A DNA stretch of 64,000 bases. It comes from an uncultured Gammaproteobacteria bacterium. Its GTDB lineage: Bacteria; Pseudomonadota; Gammaproteobacteria; Steroidobacterales; Rariloculaceae. Each line of letters begins with the position of its first letter. The stretch's first letter is position 1. Shown here piece by piece: positions 29,967-38,120 of this stretch. Both the position numbers and the translations under genes were made by a program. The stretch spans positions 1,822,718 to 1,886,717 of the forward strand of contig CAWFPH010000003.1 in the NCBI GenBank assembly GCA_963817615.1, written 5' to 3'. Below the pieces are notes generated by a model. It was not told where the DNA came from. It saw only the letters and a program-made list of their open reading frames with translations, and ran no database searches.

Positions 29967-30072
29967 GCCCCGACCCATTACGTTTCCACCAAATTGACTG
30001 TGCCGGCGAATCGGATCAAGACTGATTCTAACGCAGATTGCGCGCGGCATTCGGGTCGCAGCTCCTCAAGAT

Positions 30073-30507
30073 TCATGAGCCGCGTCGCAATCGCGCCTGC
30101 AGCGCGGACCAAACGGCTGGTTTCACTTGGCACGATAGCAGAATGACCTCGAGCGCGCCGTGGGGCCCGCGCAACACCAAGCGAACCCAGAGGGACGTAT
30201 GGCGAGTACCTCGAACCAGCTCGAGCGACTCCGGCGCCCACTCGGGGACCGACCAGCGGCCGTCCGTGTTCCACACGAGCCGCCGCGGCGCACCGCGCGG
30301 CCGGCGTACGATCGCGTGCGCGACCAACACGCCGCCGGCGAGCGCCTTCGCCAGCGGCGGCGCGGCGACGGTTGCAACGGCGGCGAGCAGCACGACGTGC
30401 AGCGCAGCCCACCACGCAGCCAGCCAATGCGTCGGACGCACGTCAAGGGCGATGGGCGCCTCGGATCCGGTCGATGAGCGCGGCGAGAGCGGGGACGTCC
30501 GGTGCAT
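30073..30507 (-). CDS. YgfX (CptA)-like inner-membrane protein
   Basis: In the frame of ORF 30073..30630: ...THWLAAWWAALHVVLLAAVATVAAPPLAKALAGGVLVAHAIV... (two TM helices) then ...WSVPEW...TSLWVRLVLRG... Located directly after sdhE, as in E. coli sdhE-ygfX. The start is uncertain; ATG 30507 overlaps sdhE by 65 nt. Confidence 0.55.
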   Translation of the reverse strand: MHRTSPLSPRSSTGSEAPIALDVRPTHWLAAWWAALHVVLLAAVATVAAPPLAKALAGGVLVAHAIVRRPRGAPRRLVWNTDGRWSVPEWAPESLELVRGTRHTSLWVRLVLRGPHGALEVILLSCQVKPAVWSALQARLRRGS

Positions 30508-30697
30508 TGCGCCCGGTAAGGTACGCGAACAGCTCGGGATCCGGCAGGGCGAGAATCGCCTCGAAATGCGCGAGATCTTCGTTCGTGAGCGTCGCGGCCT
30601 CGCGCGCGATGAACGCTTGCAGCACCGCATCGAGCTCGCGCATGCCGCGCCGTGCGCGCCACCCCAGCCTCGCGAGCCGCTCCTTTCGTTCGGTCAT
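30443..30697 (-). CDS. sdhE: FAD assembly factor SdhE (SDHAF2 family)
   Basis: Trimmed to ATG 30697: MTERKERLARLGWRARRGMRELDAVLQAFIARE...FEAILALPDPELFAYLTG... Contains the conserved RGxxE motif region of SdhE/YgfY. Confidence 0.85.
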   Translation of the reverse strand: MTERKERLARLGWRARRGMRELDAVLQAFIAREAATLTNEDLAHFEAILALPDPELFAYLTGRNAPDVPALAALIDRIRGAHRP

Positions 30698-30774
30698 CGC
30701 CGGCGCGACGGAAGCTCGGGGCGCATTGCAGGACGAGCGCCCGGCAATGCTGCGACGCCGACACGTGAGCACGG

Positions 30775-31557
30775 TCAGAAGCGGCGCTCGGCGATCATTT
30801 TTTTGATTTCGGCGATGGCCTTGCCGGGGTTCAAGTCCTTCGGGCAGGCCTGCGTGCAGTTCAGGATCGTGTGGCAGCGATAGAGCCGAAACGCATCGTC
30901 GAGCTGATCGAGCCGCTCGCCCGTGGTCTCGTCGCGGCTATCGACGATCCACCGATACGCCTGCAGCAGCGCGGCGGGACCGAGGAAGCGTTCGGGGTTC
31001 CACCAATAGCTCGGGCAGGACGTCGAACAGCACGCGCAGAGGATGCAGGCCGACGGCGTGTTGATCTTCTCCTGATCCTCCTTCGACTGCAGCCGCTCGC
31101 GATCGGGCGGCGGCGGCGTGTGCGACTCGAGCCACGGCTTCACGGCCGCGTATTGCGCATAGAAGTTCGTGAGATCGCAGACGAGATCCTTGACGACCGG
31201 CAGGCTCGGCAACGGATAGATCTTCACGGTGCCCGAGACGTCCTCGATCGGCTTGAGGCAGGCGAGCGCGTTCGTGCCGTCGATGTTCATCGCGCACGAG
31301 CCGCAGATGCCCTCGCGGCATGACCGGCGAAACGTGAGCGTGGGATCGATCTCGTTTTTGATCTTGATCAGCGCGTCGAGCACCATCGGCGCGCACTGAT
31401 CGAGATCGATGCTGTAGGTGTCCACACGCGGGTTGTCGCCGCGGGTCGGGTCGTAGCGGTAGATCGCGAATTCCTTGACCCTCTTGGCGCCCGCGGCGCC
31501 GTCGTGCCGCTTGCCGGCCTTCACTCTGGAGTTCGCGGGGAGAAGAAACTGCGCCAT
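30775..31557 (-). CDS. sdhB: Succinate dehydrogenase iron-sulfur subunit
   Basis: Three Cys clusters: [31 protein letters not shown] and [13 protein letters not shown]. Confidence 0.97.
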   Translation of the reverse strand: MAQFLLPANSRVKAGKRHDGAAGAKRVKEFAIYRYDPTRGDNPRVDTYSIDLDQCAPMVLDALIKIKNEIDPTLTFRRSCREGICGSCAMNIDGTNALACLKPIEDVSGTVKIYPLPSLPVVKDLVCDLTNFYAQYAAVKPWLESHTPPPPDRERLQSKEDQEKINTPSACILCACCSTSCPSYWWNPERFLGPAALLQAYRWIVDSRDETTGERLDQLDDAFRLYRCHTILNCTQACPKDLNPGKAIAEIKKMIAERRF

Positions 31558-31602
31558 CGTGGCTCCTTACGATTTACTACAGCCGCGCCGCCGTGGCGGC
31601 GC

Positions 31603-33390
31603 TCAATAGGTGCGCGCTTTCGGCGGGATTGCAGCGACTTCGTCGGTCAGCGTCTGCATCTGCACCGGTCGATAATCGAAACGCACGTTGCCGTTCGCAT
31701 CGACCCAGCACAGCGTGTGCTTCATCCAGTTGTCGTCGTCGCGATCCGGATAATCCTCGCGCGCTTGCGCGCCCCGGCTCTCGGTGCGGTTCAGCGCCGA
31801 CTTGATCGTGCCCATCGCCTGCAGCAGCAGGTTGTCGAGCTCCAACGTCTCGACCAAATCCGTGTTCCAAATCAACGTGCGGTCGCTGACACCGACGTCG
31901 CCGAAGCCCGCGAATACCTGCTCGAGCTGATCGATGCCTTCCTGCAGCGACTGACCCGTGCGGAACACGGCCGCGTGGCTCTGCATCACGCGCTGCATCT
32001 TGAGCCGCAGCGCGGCGGTCGGCGTGCCGCCCTTCGCGTTGCGCAGCCGGTCGAGCCGCGCGACGGCCTCGTCTCCCGCGCCCCGGTCGAAGGCCCGCAA
32101 CCGCGCGCCGCTCTCGAGCACCTCGCCGCACCGCAGCGCGGCTGCGCGGCCGAACACCACGAGGTCGATCAGCGAGTTCGAGCCGAGCCGGTTCGCGCCG
32201 TGCACGGACACGCACGCCGCCTCGCCGACGGCCATGAGACCCGGCACGACGCGCTCGTTGCCCGCCGCGTCTTTCGCGAGCACCTCGCCGTGGTAGTTGG
32301 TCGGCACGCCGCCCATGTTGTAGTGCACGGTCGGCAACACCGGGATCGGCGCCTTCATCACGTCGACGCCCGCGAAGATCTTGGCCGTTTCGGCGATGCC
32401 GGGCAGCCGCTCCTCGATCACGTCGCGGCCGAGGTGCTCGAGGTGCAGATGCACGTGGTCCTTGTGCGGTCCGACGCCGCGCCCCTCGCGGATCTCGATC
32501 GTCATCGAGCGGCTCACGACGTCGCGCGACGCCAAATCCTTCGCGTTCGGCGCGTAGCGCTCCATGAAGCGCTCGCCCTCGGAGTTCGTGAGGTAGCCGC
32601 CCTCGCCGCGCGAGCCCTCGGTGATCAGCATGCCGGCGCCGTACACGCCGGTCGGATGGAACTGCACGAACTCGAGGTCTTGCAGCGGCAAGCCCGCGCG
32701 CAGCACCATCGCGTTGCCGTCGCCCGTGCAGATGTGCGCGGACGTGCAGGAGAAGTAGGCGCGACCGTACCCGCCCGTCGCCAAGATCACCATCTGCGAG
32801 CGGAACCGGTGCAAGCGCCCCGTCGCCATGTCGAGCGCGACCACGCCGCGGCATTCGCCGTCCTGCATGATCAGATCGATCGCAAAATATTCGATGAAGA
32901 ATTCGGCCGAGTGGCGCAGCGATTGCTGATAGAGCGTGTGCAGCATCGCATGGCCCGTGCGGTCCGCCGCCGCACACGTGCGCTGCGCGGTGCCCTTGCC
33001 GAATTCCGTGGTCATGCCGCCGAACGGCCGCTGATAGATGCGTCCGTCCTCCGTCCGCGAGAACGGCACGCCGTAGTGCTCGAGCTCGATCACGGACGCA
33101 GGCGCTTCCTTGCACATGTAGGCGATCGCGTCCTGGTCGCCGAGCCAGTCCGAGCCCTTGACCGTGTCGTACATGTGCCAACGCCAGTCGTCCGGCCCCA
33201 TGTTGCCGAGCGCCGCGCTGATGCCGCCTTGCGCGGCTACCGTATGGCTGCGCGTCGGAAAAACCTTGCTCAAGCAGGCCGTCGTGAGCCCTTGCTCGGC
33301 AAGACCGAGCGTCGCGCGCAATCCCGCGCCGCCGGCACCGACCACCACCACGTCGTAGGAATGCTCGATGAATTCGTACTCTTTGCTCAT
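31603..33390 (-). CDS. sdhA: Succinate dehydrogenase flavoprotein subunit
   Basis: Real start at ATG 33390 inside the 873-aa track [33 protein letters not shown]...[14 protein letters not shown] (FAD-histidyl site)...HPTG...RLGSNSL... 595 aa. Confidence 0.97.
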   Translation of the reverse strand: MSKEYEFIEHSYDVVVVGAGGAGLRATLGLAEQGLTTACLSKVFPTRSHTVAAQGGISAALGNMGPDDWRWHMYDTVKGSDWLGDQDAIAYMCKEAPASVIELEHYGVPFSRTEDGRIYQRPFGGMTTEFGKGTAQRTCAAADRTGHAMLHTLYQQSLRHSAEFFIEYFAIDLIMQDGECRGVVALDMATGRLHRFRSQMVILATGGYGRAYFSCTSAHICTGDGNAMVLRAGLPLQDLEFVQFHPTGVYGAGMLITEGSRGEGGYLTNSEGERFMERYAPNAKDLASRDVVSRSMTIEIREGRGVGPHKDHVHLHLEHLGRDVIEERLPGIAETAKIFAGVDVMKAPIPVLPTVHYNMGGVPTNYHGEVLAKDAAGNERVVPGLMAVGEAACVSVHGANRLGSNSLIDLVVFGRAAALRCGEVLESGARLRAFDRGAGDEAVARLDRLRNAKGGTPTAALRLKMQRVMQSHAAVFRTGQSLQEGIDQLEQVFAGFGDVGVSDRTLIWNTDLVETLELDNLLLQAMGTIKSALNRTESRGAQAREDYPDRDDDNWMKHTLCWVDANGNVRFDYRPVQMQTLTDEVAAIPPKARTY

Positions 33391-33773
33391 GCAGCGGATC
33401 CGAACGCAATCTTCAAGATCGCGAACACGCCCGCGATCGACAATGCAAAGTGCGCGAACGCCGATGCCATCAGCGCGAGCACCTTGAGCCCGTTGGCGTG
33501 CACGTAGTCCTCGATGACGACCCGCAGACCGAGAAACGAGTGATAGCCGGCGGTGACCACGAGCAAAATCGCGAGAATGCTCGTGAGCGGCCGCCGTAGC
33601 CACTCGGTGACGCTCAGGTACGAGAGATCGGGCAACGCGAGCAACGCGAGCGCGAACCAAAGCCCGAGCGGCACGAGCGCAACGGCCGTGAGCCGCTGCA
33701 GCCACCAATGCTCGACGGCGCCGCCCGCCGTGCCGAGGCCGAGCACCCGATTCAACGGAGTGACGAGATTCAT
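33387..33773 (-). CDS. sdhD: Succinate dehydrogenase hydrophobic membrane anchor subunit
   Basis: 128 aa with 3 TM helices. Located between sdhC and sdhA, with a 4-nt overlap with the sdhA start. Confidence 0.9.
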   Translation of the reverse strand: MNLVTPLNRVLGLGTAGGAVEHWWLQRLTAVALVPLGLWFALALLALPDLSYLSVTEWLRRPLTSILAILLVVTAGYHSFLGLRVVIEDYVHANGLKVLALMASAFAHFALSIAGVFAILKIAFGSAA

Positions 33774-33782
33774 GACACGCCC

Positions 33783-34163
33783 CTAGAGGATCGTCGCGGC
33801 CGCGAACGCCGCCGTCGCGACGATCGCAAAGCCGACCACCATCCAACCGCTCGAGACGATGCGCGCGCGGCCGAACCCGAGACCGACGTCCCAGAACAGA
33901 TGCCGCACGCCGTTCGCGAGATGCAGGAAGAAGCAGAAGATCCAGACGACGAGCGGCAGCTTGAACCATTGCGCGCCGAACACCTGCTGCGCCGTGCGAT
34001 AGGCGTCGGCGCCGCTCGCGATCGCAATGAGCCACGCCGCGAGCGCAACCGCGCCGAGCGACAACAGCAGGCCGGTGATGCGATGCAGGCTCGACAGCAA
34101 CATCGTGATGCGCCATCGATAGATCTGCAGGTGCGGCGACAGCGGCCGGGGGTCGGCGTGCAT
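33783..34163 (-). CDS. sdhC: Succinate dehydrogenase cytochrome b556 subunit
   Basis: [31 protein letters not shown]... is the canonical SdhC N-terminus. 126 aa. Confidence 0.9.
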   Translation of the reverse strand: MHADPRPLSPHLQIYRWRITMLLSSLHRITGLLLSLGAVALAAWLIAIASGADAYRTAQQVFGAQWFKLPLVVWIFCFFLHLANGVRHLFWDVGLGFGRARIVSSGWMVVGFAIVATAAFAAATIL

Positions 34164-34224
34164 CGTTCGTTATTCTCCTCGACTGAATCGGCGAGCGCCC
34201 GGTCCCGATCGAACCGCGCGGCAC

Positions 34225-34431
34225 TCAGAAATCAATGCATCGGCCCGCCCGCTCCCAGTCACCGTAGCGGGTCGGCTCCGGACCCTTCGGCCCGCCGATC
34301 TCACGGGGCTGCGGGGGGTCTTCGGCGGCCGCGTTCGACGCGTCCGCGACGGGCGCATCGACGCGGTTCGAATGGGCGCTTCGAGGCAGCCGGTCCTCGC
34401 GGACCCGCTCATGTGCACGCTCGCCGGGCAT
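34225..34431 (-). CDS. DUF1674 protein (SDHAF4-like small protein, 68 aa)
   Basis: Real ORF at the 3' end of track ORF 34225..34971, from ATG 34431. The C-terminus ...EIGGPKGPEPTRYGDWERAGRCIDF matches the DUF1674 signature as I recall it. Confidence 0.75.
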   Translation of the reverse strand: MPGERAHERVREDRLPRSAHSNRVDAPVADASNAAAEDPPQPREIGGPKGPEPTRYGDWERAGRCIDF

Positions 34432-34507
34432 GCTGCAAATTTTGCCAGAAACGGCGCAGCCGCGCACTACGCGGAGCGTTGGGGCGAGGCACCGCCGGCT
34501 TCGCGCG

Positions 34508-35692
34508 TCATCCGGGCCGCTCGCCGACGTACTTCGCTCGCGGTCGAATAATCGCAGCGTGGGCGTACTGCTCGATCGCGTGCGCAATCCAACCGATCGT
34601 CCGGCCGATCGCGAACAGCGTGAGCGCGGCATCCCCCGGCAATTTGAGGGCACGGCCAAGCGCGACCAGCCCGAAGTCGATGGTCGGCGCCTCGCCGAGC
34701 ACGCTCTCGGCTGCCGCCGCGAAGGCATGCGCGAAGCGCGTCTCCGCCGTGTCGGGGAGCGCTTCGAGCAGCATTGCGGCGCGCGGGTCGCCGTTCGCGT
34801 ACAGCGGGTGCCCGAACCCCTCGATGGGCTCGCCGCGGCGCAGCCGGTCGGCGAGCGCGCCGCGCAAATCCGTGCTCTTGCGCAGCGCATCGCAGAGCGC
34901 CGCGACTCTCGCGGTCGCGCCGCCGTGCTTCGTGCCCTCGAGCGCGGCGAGCCCTCCGAGCACGACTGCATACGGAGACGACCCCGCGGACGCGATGCAG
35001 CGAGCGGTGAACGCGGACACGTTGAGCTCGTGGTCCGCGCACAGAATCAGCGCCGAGCGCAGCAGCGGCGCGCGCCGCGGCACGCCCCACGCGGCTGCAA
35101 GCGCGGCGTCGATCGTCGCGCCGCGCGCGGCGCGACCCGCCGCGACGCCCGTCATGAGCTCGAGAACGCGCCAACCCGTCTGCGCGACGGCTCGCGGGCG
35201 AAGGTCGTACGCGAGCGCATCGTGCGCGGCCGCGATCGGTAAAAGCGACTGGACGCGGCTCATGAACGGCAAGCCGGCAGTGCCCCGCGCGAGCGCGGGC
35301 AAGCGCGCGCTCGGCGTGAATACGCCCGCGTCTGCGGCGCCCGTCCAAAGCAGCCCCGCCACCTGCGCGACCGAATGGCTGCGAGCGAGCTCCGCGACGT
35401 CGCGGCCTCGATAGTAGAGGCGGCCGTCCACGATCAGCGTGATGGCCGACTCCAAGATGGGCAATCCCCAGCGCAGCGACTGCTCGGCCGCCTTGTCCGG
35501 ATCTCGCCGGCGCTCCGCCCGGAGCTTCAACCGCTCGATGTCCTCGCGGGAATAGCGCCGCCGGCGTGCGCTACCCGGCACGGTCTCCGAACGCACTCGG
35601 CCCCGGCTCACGTACGCGTAGAGCGTAGCGGCGCTCACGCCGAGCGCGGCCGTCGCATCGTGTGCATCCAGCCAATCCGACTTGCGCTTCAT
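34508..35692 (-). CDS. Citrate-synthase-family protein with an N-terminal helix-turn-helix (excisionase/MerR-type) domain
   Basis: The N-terminus LDAHDATAALGVSAATLYAYVSRGRVRS is HTH-like. The remainder aligns by eye with citrate synthases: ...LEGTKHGGATA..., ...EGFGHPLYANGDPRA..., ...PTIDFGLVAL...AIGRTIGWIAHAIEQ... Confidence 0.8.
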   Translation of the reverse strand: MKRKSDWLDAHDATAALGVSAATLYAYVSRGRVRSETVPGSARRRRYSREDIERLKLRAERRRDPDKAAEQSLRWGLPILESAITLIVDGRLYYRGRDVAELARSHSVAQVAGLLWTGAADAGVFTPSARLPALARGTAGLPFMSRVQSLLPIAAAHDALAYDLRPRAVAQTGWRVLELMTGVAAGRAARGATIDAALAAAWGVPRRAPLLRSALILCADHELNVSAFTARCIASAGSSPYAVVLGGLAALEGTKHGGATARVAALCDALRKSTDLRGALADRLRRGEPIEGFGHPLYANGDPRAAMLLEALPDTAETRFAHAFAAAAESVLGEAPTIDFGLVALGRALKLPGDAALTLFAIGRTIGWIAHAIEQYAHAAIIRPRAKYVGERPG

Positions 35693-35721
35693 ATTATATT
35701 GACGAACGGATCAATATTGAC
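35693..35721. promoter_or_regulatory. AT-rich operator-like repeats in the divergent promoter region
   Basis: Perfect 10-bp palindrome TCAATATTGA (35711-35720). ATATTGAC occurs twice as a direct repeat (35696-35703 and 35714-35721, 18 bp apart). The region is strikingly AT-rich for this genome. Function is inferred only. Confidence 0.35.
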
Positions 35722-35752
35722 CGTATGGCAACCTCAGTCTAATGTGACCGCC

Positions 35753-36835
35753 ATGAGCACTCAACCCAAAGTTGATGCAAGCAGCGGCCTCGAGGGCGTG
35801 GTCGCCGCGGCCACGCGCCTCAGCATGGTCGACGGCGAGCGCGGCGAGCTGATCGTCGCCGGAGAGCGCCTTGCGCAGCTGGCCGACCGGGCGTTCGAGG
35901 ACGTCGTCGCGCTGTTATGGGAAGCGGCCGGCTTTCGCGGCGAGCGCGTGCGTGCGCTGCCCGTGCCGCGCTCGACGCTCGACCTGCTCGACTCGGCCGC
36001 GCGGCGCCGCGTCGCGCCGATGGATGCGCTGCGCATGGGAGCCGCCTCGCTCGTGGCGGACGACGACGGTGCGGCTGCCGCATTGCTCGTCGGCGCGTTC
36101 CCGACGATCACCGCGGCTTACGCGAGGTTGCTGCGGGGCGAGCAGCCGCTCGAGCCGCGTTCCGACTTGGGGCTCGCGGCGAATTATCTGTTCATGCTGA
36201 CCGGCGTCGAGCCGCATCCGGAGCTCGTTCGCGGGCTCGAGACTTACCTCGACACGGTGGCCGACCACGGCTTGAACGCGTCGACGTTCGCCGCACGGGT
36301 CATCGTTTCGACGGGCGCTGACTTCGTGTCGGCCGTCGTCGGGGCGATCGGTGCGCTCAAGGGGCCGCTGCACGGCGGTGCGCCGGGACCTGCGCTCGAC
36401 ATGGTGTTCGAGATCGGCGATGCGGCACGGGCCGAGGCGGTTCTGCGGGGCAAGATCGAGCGCGGCGAGCGCCTCATGGGATTCGGCCATCGCGTGTACA
36501 AGGTGCGCGATCCGCGTGCCGATGTGCTCGCCGCCGCGGCGGCCCGCATGTTCGCGCGCGCGGGCGACTCGCGGCTCTACGAGCTCGCGCGGGCGGTCGA
36601 GGCGACGGCGCTCGAGCTGCTGGAGGAATACAAACCCGGCCGCCGCCTCAAGACCAACGTCGAGTTCTACACGGCGTTGCTGCTGCACGGCCTCGACCTC
36701 GAGGTGCCGTTCTTCACGCCGACCTTCGCAATCGGCCGGATCGCGGGCTGGACCGCGCACTGCTTCGAGCAGCGCGCGGCGGCCCGCTTGATTCGGCCGC
36801 AGAGCATCTACGTAGGGCGACCGCCCGCCGCCTGA
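35753..36835 (+). CDS. Citrate synthase family enzyme, short (~360 aa) type
   Basis: Real start at ATG 35753 inside track ORF 35375..36835: MSTQPKVDASSGLEGVVAAATRLSMVDGERGELIVAG...LKGPLHGGAPG...MGFGHRVYKVRDPRA...KTNVEFYTALLL...IGRIAGWTAHCFEQ... Confidence 0.85.
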   Translation: MSTQPKVDASSGLEGVVAAATRLSMVDGERGELIVAGERLAQLADRAFEDVVALLWEAAGFRGERVRALPVPRSTLDLLDSAARRRVAPMDALRMGAASLVADDDGAAAALLVGAFPTITAAYARLLRGEQPLEPRSDLGLAANYLFMLTGVEPHPELVRGLETYLDTVADHGLNASTFAARVIVSTGADFVSAVVGAIGALKGPLHGGAPGPALDMVFEIGDAARAEAVLRGKIERGERLMGFGHRVYKVRDPRADVLAAAAARMFARAGDSRLYELARAVEATALELLEEYKPGRRLKTNVEFYTALLLHGLDLEVPFFTPTFAIGRIAGWTAHCFEQRAAARLIRPQSIYVGRPPAA

Positions 36836-36887
36836 GCGCGGTGGGACTACGCGGCCGGCTCGCACGCGGCCCTATACTGGCGCCTCG

Positions 36888-37781
36888 ATGACGCCCCGCT
36901 ACTCAATGCTGCCGAGCCGCGCCTGCCTCGAAGTGCACGGTGCCGACGCCGCCGCGTTCCTGGACGGCCAGCTCGCCGTCTCGATCGCGTCGCTCGAACC
37001 CGACCGTGCGCCGCTCGCCGCCTGGCTCGACGCCCGCGGGCGCGTGCGCGCGCTGCTGCGCGTCGTGCGGCTGCCGGATCGCTGGCTGCTCGCGACCGAG
37101 GCGGCCGCCGTCGAGTCGATCGTGCGAAAGCTCAGAATGTTCGTGCTGCGGGCGGCAGTGACGATCGCGCCGGCGGAGGATGTCGGCGTCGCGGCGCTGG
37201 TCGACGCCGACGATGCATGGCTCGCGGCGCACGGTCTGCCGCAGAGCGGCCCGGCCGATGCGCTCGCCGCAGCGGGCGAGCTGCGTATGGTGGCGGTGGG
37301 CCCGGGCCTGCAGCTGGTCATCGGGAAGCAAGCCGCGATCGACGCATGGACGCCCGCGCTGCCACGAGCGCCCGGCGAGCTCGCGGCGCTCGCGGAGATC
37401 CGCCTCGGCATCCCGGCCGTGCCGGCGGCGATTGCGGAGCGTTACGTCGCGCAGATGCTCAATCTCGACCGGCTCGGCGCCGTCGCTTTCGACAAGGGTT
37501 GCTATCCCGGCCAAGAGGTCGTCGCGCGCGTGCAGCACTTGGGCTCCGTCAAACGCCGCCTGCGCCGCTTTGCGATCGACGCACCACCGCCGGCCGTCGG
37601 CGCCGAGGTGCTCGCGAGCGATCGGCAGGCCGTCGGCGAGGTGGTGCGCGCGGCGGCCGTGCCCGACGCCGGCAGCGAGCTGCTCGCGGTCATCGAGCGC
37701 TCGGCGCTGGCGGACGCGATCACGGTCGACGGCTCGGCGCTGCGACCCTTGCCGCTGCCCTACGCGCTACCGGAGCCTTGA
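36888..37781 (+). CDS. ygfZ: Folate-binding Fe-S cluster repair/tRNA-modification protein YgfZ (GcvT-like)
   Basis: ...LEVHGADAAAFLDGQL... and the signature ...FDKGCYPGQEVVARVQHLGSVKRRL... Confidence 0.85.
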   Translation: MTPRYSMLPSRACLEVHGADAAAFLDGQLAVSIASLEPDRAPLAAWLDARGRVRALLRVVRLPDRWLLATEAAAVESIVRKLRMFVLRAAVTIAPAEDVGVAALVDADDAWLAAHGLPQSGPADALAAAGELRMVAVGPGLQLVIGKQAAIDAWTPALPRAPGELAALAEIRLGIPAVPAAIAERYVAQMLNLDRLGAVAFDKGCYPGQEVVARVQHLGSVKRRLRRFAIDAPPPAVGAEVLASDRQAVGEVVRAAAVPDAGSELLAVIERSALADAITVDGSALRPLPLPYALPEP

Positions 37782-37804
37782 GCGGCGCGCACGCTCAGGT
37801 ACGG

Positions 37805-38032
37805 CTAGGCAGGCGCGCGGCGAGTGTTGCTCCAAATCAGCTCGGCGACGCCGAGCAGCGCGAGGATTGCGCCGTAGAGCGTCCAGTGCAGGTCGTTGAC
37901 CATGAAGCCCTGCAGAATCGCGGCGGGCCCGACGTTCAAGCCCTGCATCATCCAAACCGCGCCGACCACGACCATGAGCAAGCCGATGAGGCTGCTCACG
38001 ATCCGCATCAGAACATCGAATGCTCGTCGCAT
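37805..38032 (-). CDS. Small hypothetical membrane protein (75 aa, 2 TM)
   Basis: ATG start. MRRAFDVLMRIVSSLIGLLMVVVGAVWMMQGL...LHWTLYGAILALLGVAELIW... Its hydrophobic composition is unlike the spurious GC frames. No family recognised. Confidence 0.45.
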   Translation of the reverse strand: MRRAFDVLMRIVSSLIGLLMVVVGAVWMMQGLNVGPAAILQGFMVNDLHWTLYGAILALLGVAELIWSNTRRAPA

Positions 38033-38120
38033 CGCCGACGGACCTCGAGCGGCGCGCGTTGCCGCGCGGAGACGGAATGGTACGTCGAACGGCGCGCGGC
38101 TGCAGCGGCAACCCTCGACG

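Noticed and set aside
30073-30697. sdhE-ygfX read as a CptB/CptA toxin-antitoxin (possible defence or addiction module).
   Set aside because: Embedding directly downstream of sdhB, the presence of DUF1674 and ygfZ nearby, and the well-supported role of SdhE as an FAD-insertion factor make a housekeeping SDH-assembly role far more plausible than a mobile TA system. No mobile-element context is present.
34432-34460. Sigma-54-like TGGCA...TTGCA motif (TGGCAAAATTTGCA) just upstream of the DUF1674 ATG.
   Set aside because: The GG-to-GC spacing is about 2 nt shorter than the strict -24/-12 geometry (TGGCACG-N4-TTGC). The motif also abuts the start codon, leaving no room for a 5'UTR or SD.
35681-35702. 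Perfect TATAAT on the minus strand immediately abutting the ATG of the HTH-citrate-synthase gene, as a possible -10 box.
   Set aside because: A -10 element ending at the start codon would place the transcription start inside the ORF. It is more likely part of the AT-rich repeat/operator (the partial second copy of TCAATATTGA) than a functional -10 for this gene.
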